The notes beneath the pieces are model-generated. The model was not told the DNA's origin. It made no database searches and saw only the letters and a list, made by a program, of their open reading frames with translations. Shown here piece after piece: positions 36,624 through 43,367 of a DNA stretch of 63,768 bases. Origin of the DNA: a virus (lineage: Duplodnaviria; Caudoviricetes); IMG/VR virus record IMGVR_UViG_3300036398_002458, positions 1 through 63,768 of that record, one strand, 5' to 3'. A program made the position numbers and the translations under genes. Numbering within the stretch: position 1 is the stretch's first letter; every line of letters begins with the position of its first letter.

Positions 36624-37685
36624 TTAGAAATACTTGCCCAACTTAGCGGCGGCTGCGGTGAAGCGGCGGTTCTTGCACGCCATCGCCACCTTGGACTTGT
36701 TGCCCGCAAGTGAGGATACGAACAGCGAGTAGGCTTCGAACGACGTGATGCGTTCGGCGTACACCATGACTGCATCGAGATCGTCCTCGGTCACACGGTT
36801 GGCAAGCATGAAGGCCAGGATAAACATGGCACCCACGGCGTCCTCTTTCGGAACCTTGGTCTTGTGCGGATCCTTGACGATGTTCTCGTACAGGGGCAGG
36901 GAGTCAGCGAGGTTGACCAAAGCCACCATGAGTTGCGCCGCCGACTCGCCGATCGTGCCTGCTAAAGCCGGCAAAAATGCGTCCCCCAAAACAGACCTTT
37001 GTTTCACGATGTTCGATCCACGCTCCATGGAACGCGGTGAGCAGAAGGTCCGCGTGTTGCCAGTCAGGGGGTTGAAGATGTACGGGTTCTTCTCGTTGCG
37101 ACCCAGGTCGGTGTAGCACTGGAACACCTCGGGGTTTTGCTTGGCGAACGCCATCATCTCGGGGGCGATGTCGTTGTCCGCCGCCCAGTGCAACCACTCG
37201 TCAGCGGTGGGGTTGGCCACCACGAGTTCAGTCATGCGGTTGTAGGCATGCGCCGGGATGTTGTCGCCCACCCCGTCGGTGTCGAGGTTTGTGGTTGCGA
37301 TGACGATCGACCCGGTAGTCAGGCCACGGTCAGCGATGCGCTTCTCGTTGACGAGCGGCAACAGCATGTTCAGCACAGGGCGGGACGCCTTGCCCAACTC
37401 GTCAAGCATGATGAGCAGGGGGCGGTTGCTGCCGTTGGCAAGCCCGAAGCGGGCGTTCGGTGCGTAGTTGGTAACCATGGCTTCGCGGTCGATGACGGGC
37501 ATGCCCAGGTCACCGAGGTCAAGGTTAGCCACGTCGATATAGCAGGGGATGTAGTCCGGCAGTTCCTTGGCGAGCATGGTCAGGATCGCTGACTTGCCCA
37601 CACCGGGTTGGCCCCGCAGGATCACGGTGTTGGTGGTGCCGACGGCACGGATCACGGTAGCGGCTTGGTTCAGATTGACTTTCAT
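36624..37685 (-). CDS. AAA+ ATPase (MoxR/dynein-related type)
   Basis: GQPGVGKS Walker A, LIMLDE Walker B, IATTN sensor, SPRS motif. Confidence 0.9.
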   Translation of the reverse strand: MKVNLNQAATVIRAVGTTNTVILRGQPGVGKSAILTMLAKELPDYIPCYIDVANLDLGDLGMPVIDREAMVTNYAPNARFGLANGSNRPLLIMLDELGKASRPVLNMLLPLVNEKRIADRGLTTGSIVIATTNLDTDGVGDNIPAHAYNRMTELVVANPTADEWLHWAADNDIAPEMMAFAKQNPEVFQCYTDLGRNEKNPYIFNPLTGNTRTFCSPRSMERGSNIVKQRSVLGDAFLPALAGTIGESAAQLMVALVNLADSLPLYENIVKDPHKTKVPKEDAVGAMFILAFMLANRVTEDDLDAVMVYAERITSFEAYSLFVSSLAGNKSKVAMACKNRRFTAAAAKLGKYF

Positions 37686-37705
37686 GATGGGTTCCTATTG
37701 CGTTG

Positions 37706-37720
37706 ATCTAAGGCTTAGAT
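37706..37720. repeat. Palindromic box ATCTAAGGCTTAGAT
   Basis: Intergenic, 20 nt before the AAA start codon. Confidence 0.95.
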
Positions 37721-37759
37721 GTTGATGAGTGATTTTGCTTTGGTTGGCTTACGGATGGT

Positions 37760-38533
37760 TTACTTGGTCGGGGTGGGTGCGGTTACGGTCTCATACAGAT
37801 CCTCCTTGGCGGCTTTCATGATGGCGGTCCACGCTTGGCCTGCCGGGAGTTTGGTGTACTCGTAGGAGCGGCTTGCCCAGTTGAACCCGTGGGTGAACGC
37901 ATACCTGCGGATGATGCCCGGCCAGTTGTGGCTCCGGTCAGGGTTGGTGAGGATGTCGCGCAGTTGCGGGGCGATGCGCCCACCTGCGTTTTGCCACCCT
38001 ACGTCGTCGGACGTAGCGGCGGCATGCAGGAGTTTGAACACGTCCTTGAACCCGGACGCCTTGACTCCATCGTGCAGTTCCTTGGTTTCGCTCTTGTCGA
38101 TGCGCTTGGCTTCGAAGGGCTTGGGTTGAGAAAGTAACTCCCCGGACGATGAGAATGAAATTCCATCGTAGTACCGATACTCCTTGCCGTTGACGCTCAC
38201 GATCGGTTGGTTCTTGCTGAACTTGACGCCGTTGTAGACCGACACGCGAAGCCCGGCGTCGTGGAAGAAAGCACCAAACGCATCGTTCATGCAGATGCGG
38301 GTGGTCGGGGAGCGGAACCAGTTGTCGCAGTTGAGGACGAAGGAATCGTCGGGCTGCACGGTGATGACGTCGGTGTTGTGGAAGCGCACGGCCATGTTGC
38401 CCACGGCAGTCTCGCGCACCCTCTCGTGGTTGCGCCCACGGCGAGAGCCGTCGAGCGGCGCCGTGCCTTTGTGCTTGCCGCGCTTGTACATGTGGCGGGC
38501 TACGTGAAGTTGCATTGCGGTGTAGACAGTCAT
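37760..38533 (-). CDS. Hypothetical early protein, 257 aa
   Basis: GGAG RBS; AVRFHNTDVITV..WFRSPTT. Confidence 0.8.
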   Translation of the reverse strand: MTVYTAMQLHVARHMYKRGKHKGTAPLDGSRRGRNHERVRETAVGNMAVRFHNTDVITVQPDDSFVLNCDNWFRSPTTRICMNDAFGAFFHDAGLRVSVYNGVKFSKNQPIVSVNGKEYRYYDGISFSSSGELLSQPKPFEAKRIDKSETKELHDGVKASGFKDVFKLLHAAATSDDVGWQNAGGRIAPQLRDILTNPDRSHNWPGIIRRYAFTHGFNWASRSYEYTKLPAGQAWTAIMKAAKEDLYETVTAPTPTK

Positions 38534-38551
38534 TTGGTTTCTCCGGTTGTG

Positions 38552-38566
38552 ATCTAAGGCTTAGAT
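38552..38566. repeat. Palindromic box ATCTAAGGCTTAGAT
   Basis: Supplies ATC TAA of 38561-38767. Confidence 0.95.
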
Positions 38567-38767
38567 GGTTCGCTTGGGGTTGAGTTGGGACAGCAGTGCG
38601 GTGTCGGTGAAGAGCATGTAGTTGGACTTGTTGAGGGGCGCCACGCACCAGTGGCGGCGTTCCTCCTTGGCTTGTTCGTCGCCGCACTCCAGGCAGATGG
38701 GCTTGATGGCCGCCCGTTCGGGCGGGTCGATCTCATGGCCGCAGATGCGGCACTTGGGTATGGTCAT
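38561..38767 (-). CDS. Small Zn-finger protein (CxxC..CxxC)
   Basis: CRICG..ER..CLECG..APLNKSNY; GGAGG RBS. Confidence 0.75.
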   Translation of the reverse strand: MTIPKCRICGHEIDPPERAAIKPICLECGDEQAKEERRHWCVAPLNKSNYMLFTDTALLSQLNPKRTI

Positions 38768-38768
38768 T

Positions 38769-38981
38769 TCAGTCCTCCAGTTGGGTTATCACGGCGTCGA
38801 TCCGGGCCATCTGATCGGCCAACACCTTGGCCTTGAACGCGTACCAACCTTCGGGCAGGTCGGCGTCGCCGTAGCGGTCCTGCATGTACCCGTCGAGCGG
38901 TGTGCGTACGTTGCGCCATTCGCGCAGGATCGTGAGCAGGGTGTACGCCGTGTCCGGCGTCAGGTTCAGACTGGTTTTCAT
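38769..38981 (-). CDS. Hypothetical early protein, 70 aa
   Basis: GGAG RBS; first ORF after the long leader. Confidence 0.7.
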   Translation of the reverse strand: MKTSLNLTPDTAYTLLTILREWRNVRTPLDGYMQDRYGDADLPEGWYAFKAKVLADQMARIDAVITQLED

Positions 38982-39000
38982 GTGGTTTCTCCAGGTTGGG

Positions 39001-39029
39001 CCCCGCCATCTAAGGCTTAGATGACGGGG
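39001..39029. repeat. Palindromic box (39008-39022) with extended stem CCCCGCC..GACGGGG
   Basis: Seen directly. Confidence 0.95.
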
Positions 39030-39072
39030 GTTTGGGTTGTTAAGTGTTTGGTTAGATGTTTGGGTGTTGTTG

Positions 39073-39347
39073 AGTGCGATAGGACGTGTCAGCGTGGCAT
39101 CTCCCGCATCACTGCGGCTCCACGCTCAAGGGAACGTACCGGTTTCCCGGCATAGGTTCCCATCCATTTAGGCACTATGCGTCGGCTTTGCATCACGCTA
39201 TCCCCGTTCGGAGCCGGGCAGGGCTCACTACTCTACGGGTACACCACGGATGCACCGGACTGACTACCGGACGCCTTCTCGCGCAGGGAGGTTACTTGGA
39301 TGTACCGGGCGTCTCACGACGTGGACCGGGCTAGCCTATCTTTCACC
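39073..39347 (-). ncRNA. Candidate structured non-coding RNA, ~275-330 nt
   Basis: No credible ORF. Closing helix GATAGG/CCTATC, three GNRA-capped hairpins only on the minus strand, bracketed by two extended boxes and downstream of a near-consensus promoter. Confidence 0.55.
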
Positions 39348-39386
39348 TATGGCGCTTCTGCCATGTGGCAGCGGCGGTTTGTTTGC

Positions 39387-39413
39387 CCCGGCATCTAAGG
39401 CTTAGATGACGGG
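39387..39413. repeat. Palindromic box (39393-39407) with extended stem CCCGGC..GACGGG
   Basis: Near-identical to the 39001-39029 copy. Confidence 0.95.
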
Positions 39414-39426
39414 ACGGGTCAGCGGA

Positions 39427-39439
39427 TTGTTAAGGAGCG
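39427..39439 (-). promoter_or_regulatory. boxA-like antitermination motif CGCTCCTTAACAA
   Basis: One mismatch from GCTCTTTAACA; ~65 nt downstream of the early promoter. Confidence 0.45.
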
Positions 39440-39509
39440 CGGGTTGGCATGGGGTAGGGGAAATGGCAACCGCATCGGAGATCGCAGGGCGAAGTCCGAC
39501 TGAACCCTT

Positions 39510-39538
39510 ATTATGCCTGAAAGCGGGGCGTTTGTCAA
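39510..39538 (-). promoter_or_regulatory. Strong sigma70 early promoter TTGACA-N17-CATAAT
   Basis: Near-consensus hexamers with ideal spacing, pointing into the early operon. Confidence 0.8.
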
Positions 39539-39577
39539 GTCTCCAGAAAATGTTTTGGAGAGTGAGATTGGAGGGGG

Positions 39578-40021
39578 TTGTAACGGATGTAACGAAATTG
39601 GCGAGGTTGTAACGAAATTCGCGTAACAACACTAACCCTTAGGGGGACAATGAATGGCGTGGTAGTGGGGGCTTACTTCAGGGGCGAAAATGGGGGGTGC
39701 AACGGTGTAACGCGGTTTTAGAGAGAGAAAGCGAAAAAACAAGAATTTTCGCTCAAAAAACAAGTCACCAAGGGTTTACACCTACAAAATGAGCGAAATT
39801 TGGGAATCATATAAAAATCCGCGTTACAGCGTTACATCCTATCTATCTATCTATTATGTAGTGTAGTAACAACACAAACACCTGCTTTTTCCTACGGGTT
39901 GCTACCTACTTTTGCTACATTTTGCAGCAACTCGGGGTGTTTTCGTTCGGGTTAACCCGAGGGTTAGTGTTGTAACGCCGATTTCGTTACATCGAGGCAA
40001 ATTTCGTTACATCCGTTACAA
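39578..40021. other. Candidate replication origin: 62-bp inverted repeats carrying TGTAACG iterons around an AT-rich core
   Basis: 39578-39639 vs 39960-40021 (8 mismatches); inner IR ~39698-39720 vs ~39814-39836; about 10 TGTAACG/CGTTACA heptamers. Confidence 0.6.
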
Positions 40022-40181
40022 GGTCATCTAAGGCTTAGATGCGAAAGTGCTTGACGCCGCGCAAAAAAGCGCGCACACTACGTGTGCGCGGTCATCTAAG
40101 GCTTAGATGCCGCCCCTGCGTGATAGTGTCTAATCTTAGATGCGGCGGGGTCGGCCCGGCGATCTAAGATTAGATGCGGCG
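40022..40181. repeat. Cluster of four palindromic boxes (40026, 40094 perfect; 40128, 40162 14-bp variants)
   Basis: GGTCATCTAAGGCTTAGATGC is identical at 40022-40042 and 40090-40110; TTAGATGCGGCG at 40136 and 40170. Confidence 0.9.
40051..40079 (+). promoter_or_regulatory. Possible sigma70 promoter TTGACG-N17-CACACT between two boxes
   Basis: Correct spacing; no downstream ORF; -10 lies in hairpin CGCGCACAC-TAC-GTGTGCGCG. Confidence 0.4.
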
Positions 40182-40275
40182 CTTCGCGCGCCTGCTCCCC
40201 CACGCGCCCTCTCGCTCACGCGCCTTCGGACTACTATCACGCAAACGTAGCGCAGGCTACGTTTGCGTAGGCAAC

Positions 40276-40298
40276 AAAAAAGCCCGCCGAGGCGGGCT
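40276..40298 (-). terminator. Intrinsic terminator after 40329-40886
   Basis: Minus strand AGCCCGC-CTCG-GCGGGCT followed by a T run. Confidence 0.8.
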
Positions 40299-40328
40299 GT
40301 GGGGGCAAGGGGCCGAAGCCCCTGCTGA

Positions 40329-40886
40329 TCACTCTGCGGTTTCCTTGAACCCGTCCAGGGATTCGATCGCCACGTCCAAGACTTGCGCGGCGAACTCTGT
40401 CAGGCCGAGCATGCGGGCCTGGGCGATCGCCTTGGACAACGTTTTGTCCAGATCCTCGCGTGACGTGGACGTCACGGCGCCTGCCTTGCTCGCGCCACCC
40501 TTGCCCGCCTTGCCCCAGGGCAGGCCAAATTCCGGGCGATTCTTGATATCGGCGAACCATTCAACGCCGTGGTGCAAGGCGCGGGCGGCGCCCTGCGCAT
40601 ACTCTGTAACCGTGCTACGGTGCAACAGGCCGTCCGCAACAGCCCGGACAAACGCATCGGATTCCCGGATCGCCTTTTGCACGGCCTTGCAAGACTCTTG
40701 ATCCTTGCCGATGCCCGGGGCAACGCGCACCGCGTCAATGTATTGATTCATTGTGCGGGACAGTTGATCGGCAAAATTGGACGCGGCCTTGTCAAATTTC
40801 CCGTAGGATTTGACGATCGTCAGGGCAAATGGGTTGAAGGCCGGGGCGGTGACAGCGGGCTTCGTGGGGGTCTTGATAACTGACAT
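40329..40886 (-). CDS. Hypothetical monocistronic early protein, 185 aa
   Basis: AAGGA RBS before ATG 40886; own promoter and terminator. Confidence 0.8.
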   Translation of the reverse strand: MSVIKTPTKPAVTAPAFNPFALTIVKSYGKFDKAASNFADQLSRTMNQYIDAVRVAPGIGKDQESCKAVQKAIRESDAFVRAVADGLLHRSTVTEYAQGAARALHHGVEWFADIKNRPEFGLPWGKAGKGGASKAGAVTSTSREDLDKTLSKAIAQARMLGLTEFAAQVLDVAIESLDGFKETAE

Positions 40887-40948
40887 GGTGATTTCCTTTG
40901 ATTGACGTTGATTGAATTGCCGATCGCGTGTCGCAATCGACAAGGCCG

Positions 40949-40977
40949 ATTGTGCATGGGTTCGCATGGGTTGTCAA
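40949..40977 (-). promoter_or_regulatory. Sigma70 promoter TTGACA-N17-CACAAT
   Basis: Perfect -35, 17-bp spacer, upstream of the 40886 start. Confidence 0.7.
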
Positions 40978-40989
40978 GTGTTTAGTTAG

Positions 40990-41004
40990 ATCTAAGGGTT
41001 AGAT
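40990..41004. repeat. Palindromic box variant ATCTAAGGGTTAGAT
   Basis: 12 bp upstream of the 40977 -35 element. Confidence 0.8.
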
Positions 41005-41269
41005 CCTGGGGGCCCCTGGCGCGACCCCACCGCCCCCCGGGGCCCCATGTGGCGCTTGGGACTCCGCGCGCTGCGCTTGTGCTGAGTGTTGCACGCTCCC
41101 ACACCTCCCCAAAACAACGTACTGTATAAAGCTCCAGTACAAAATAAAATTTCCCGCCAGCCCGACCCCACCCCCCTTAAAAGGGAAACACCCCCCGTCA
41201 AGGGGACCCAAACTACCCAACACACAAAAAATACCCTACACTCGCGCCGTCCAGGGCTGCGCAATCGCC

Positions 41270-41845
41270 ATGTTCGTACCGTCAATCGATTTTGATACCC
41301 CCCTTGCGGACTTCTCGCCGACGTTTGAGTCGCTTGAAGATCGAGTAACCGCCGCCCTCCAATCCTTGATGGATGTGGGGCACTTGCCGACTCCGACGGA
41401 GCAAGACCGCAAAATCGGTCGGGCAGCCCTGATGGGCAACTCGGTATCCGAGGAAGAACTCTCCAGGCCGGAAGTAATCGTTCACATCGCGGCCATGCTG
41501 GACGAGTACGACAAGACGGTCGTGAAATCTGCCCAGCAGATGCGGACCTACGTCACGAACAAACTGATCCTGGAGACCGAGAACCCCGACCCCCGGATCC
41601 GCCTGAAATCCCTGGAACTGCTGGGCAAGATCTCCGACGTGGGACTGTTCACGGACAAGACCGAAATCACGCTGCGCCACCGTCCGACCGAAGAGTTGGA
41701 GCAGATGCTGCGCGAAAGGCTGACGCAGGTCATCGAAAACGAGGTGTTCGAGCCCCGTGCCGACGCCAAAACCCCTGCCAAACTAGACCTGTCAGAGATT
41801 ACGGACGTGGAATCCCGCGAAGAAGCGGATGAAAATTCCCTCTAG
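41270..41845 (+). CDS. Putative terminase small subunit
   Basis: Immediately upstream of and overlapping TerL; RIRLKSLELLGKISDVGLF motif. Confidence 0.6.
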   Translation: MFVPSIDFDTPLADFSPTFESLEDRVTAALQSLMDVGHLPTPTEQDRKIGRAALMGNSVSEEELSRPEVIVHIAAMLDEYDKTVVKSAQQMRTYVTNKLILETENPDPRIRLKSLELLGKISDVGLFTDKTEITLRHRPTEELEQMLRERLTQVIENEVFEPRADAKTPAKLDLSEITDVESREEADENSL

Positions 41846-43355
41846 TTTTACCCCTGCCATGCTTGACCGCTTGGTCAAGTCGCTGCCGCCCGACGAGGCC
41901 GTCGAGTTGCTGGCCATGTTTGATGAGTTGGAAGAACGCAGGCGCATGACCCTGTGCCAGAACGACTTTCTGGCGTTCATCGGGGCGCTGGACCCCAAGT
42001 ACAAGTTCGGTTTGCACCTCAAACGCCTGGGCGGACTGCTCATGGACGTGGAAAAGGGGTACAAAGACCGGATCGCGGTGTCAATGGCACCCCGTATGGG
42101 TAAGTCGCAGATGATTTCCATCTACTACCCGGCTTGGTATCTGGGGCGAAACCCCGACCACAAGGTGATTGTGGCGTCGCACACGGCGGATTTGGCCGTC
42201 GTGATGGCCCGCAAGGTGCGAAACCTGATGCAGACGCCGGAATACCAGAAGGTTTTCCCCAAAACGCAGATTGCGTCGGACGCCAAGGCCGCTGGCCAGT
42301 GGAATACGACCGCCGGAGGCGAGTATTTCGCCATCGGTGTGGGCGGTGCACTGGCCGGACGGGGTGCTCACCTCATCATTGCCGACGATCCGCACTCAGA
42401 ACAGGACCTGAAATCGTCGAATTTCACGTCTTTGGACGCTACATACGAGTGGTTTACGGCGGGCCTGCGTACTCGTCTGATGCCCGAGGGCAAGATCTGC
42501 GTGTTGCACACGCGGTGGCACCTGCGGGATCTCATTGGACGGCTGACCAAAGACTCGGCCATGAACGAAGACGGCGACAAGTACGAAGTCTTCGAGTTCC
42601 CCGCGATTCTGAACGAGAACACCGAGGAAGAGAAGTCAATTTGGCCCGAACAGTGGGCACTTGAGGCGTTGCAGAAGACCCGGGCGTCCATGCACCACAT
42701 CATGTGGCAGTGGTACGCGCAATACCAGCAGAATCCGACGGCCTCTGAGGCTGCCATCATCAAGCGGGATTGGATCCAGTGGTGGAAAGAGCGCGATCCG
42801 CCCGAAATTGACTTTATCGTGCAGGCGTACGACACGGCCCTGACCACCAAGGAGCGATCGGACTTCACCGTGTGCCAAACCTGGGGCGTTTTCAAGGACC
42901 TCAAGGGCGTGGACAACGTGATCCTGCTCAATTCTGTGCGCGACAAGTACGAATTCCCCGAACTCAAGGTCATGGCGCTCGAACAGGCCAAGGAATGGGA
43001 GCCGGACTCGGTAATCGTGGAAGCCAAGGCGTCTGGCCAGCCGCTGATCGACGAAATGCGCAGATCTGGGATATTTGTGCAGGACTTCAGCCCCGGGAAA
43101 GGGCAAGACAAGATTGCGCGCCTGAACGCCGTGGCCGATATGTTCGCCTCCGGGCAGGTTTGGTTCCCCGAAACGTCATGGGCATCCACGGTAGTTGAAG
43201 AGATACTGGCTTTCCCTGCCGGAGAGCACGACGACACGGTAGACGCGTGCACGCTCGCATTGATGCGGGTCCGCAAAGGTGGGATGATGCGACTGGTTAC
43301 GGATCAGGCCGACAACGAGCCTTTGTACCGGTCGCGCCGTTCGGCGTATTACTGA
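41829..43355 (+). CDS. terL: Terminase large subunit
   Basis: APRMGKS Walker A, LIIADDP Walker B, TRWH, YQQNP, AYDTA and HDDTVDA nuclease motifs. Confidence 0.95.
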   Translation: MKIPSSFTPAMLDRLVKSLPPDEAVELLAMFDELEERRRMTLCQNDFLAFIGALDPKYKFGLHLKRLGGLLMDVEKGYKDRIAVSMAPRMGKSQMISIYYPAWYLGRNPDHKVIVASHTADLAVVMARKVRNLMQTPEYQKVFPKTQIASDAKAAGQWNTTAGGEYFAIGVGGALAGRGAHLIIADDPHSEQDLKSSNFTSLDATYEWFTAGLRTRLMPEGKICVLHTRWHLRDLIGRLTKDSAMNEDGDKYEVFEFPAILNENTEEEKSIWPEQWALEALQKTRASMHHIMWQWYAQYQQNPTASEAAIIKRDWIQWWKERDPPEIDFIVQAYDTALTTKERSDFTVCQTWGVFKDLKGVDNVILLNSVRDKYEFPELKVMALEQAKEWEPDSVIVEAKASGQPLIDEMRRSGIFVQDFSPGKGQDKIARLNAVADMFASGQVWFPETSWASTVVEEILAFPAGEHDDTVDACTLALMRVRKGGMMRLVTDQADNEPLYRSRRSAYY

Positions 43356-43367
43356 TGAGGATTTGAG

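Noticed and set aside
35235-36713. 492-aa plus-strand ORF and similar long antisense ORFs (e.g. 18878-20077, 15977-17182, 44667-45863)
   Set aside because: Stop-poor reverse frames of GC-rich genes whose sense frames carry clear motifs.
32841-39022. Boxes as N4-type hairpin promoters
   Set aside because: No virion RNA polymerase motifs were recognised, the loop is not a GNA triloop, and some boxes directly abut the RBS, leaving no room for a downstream start site.
39073-39161. Group II intron domains V and VI
   Set aside because: The GCCGG-GAAA-CCGGU-AC hairpin resembles domain V, but the lower stem and catalytic triad do not fit, no GUGYG 5' end was found, and there is no RT ORF or interrupted gene.
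32841-39407. Bona fide integron cassette array
   Set aside because: Half-sites resemble the R''/R' cores, but there are no L boxes, no 57-141 bp attC hairpins and no tyrosine recombinase. Kept only as an analogy.
39086-39632. ORFs 39086-39334, 39402-39632 and 39406-39612
   Set aside because: No RBS or recognisable composition; they overlap the promoter, boxes and RNA structure, which explain the sequence better.
40022-40181. Mini CRISPR array
   Set aside because: Repeats are only 14-21 bp, spacers are irregular (53, 19, 20 nt), the same motif is dispersed between genes, and no cas operon is present.
41005-41269. tRNA or defined late promoter at the arm divergence
   Set aside because: C-rich tracts and short hairpins, but no cloverleaf. 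TACACT at 41237 lacks a usable -35. It may hold a packaging signal, but the sequence alone does not support a call.
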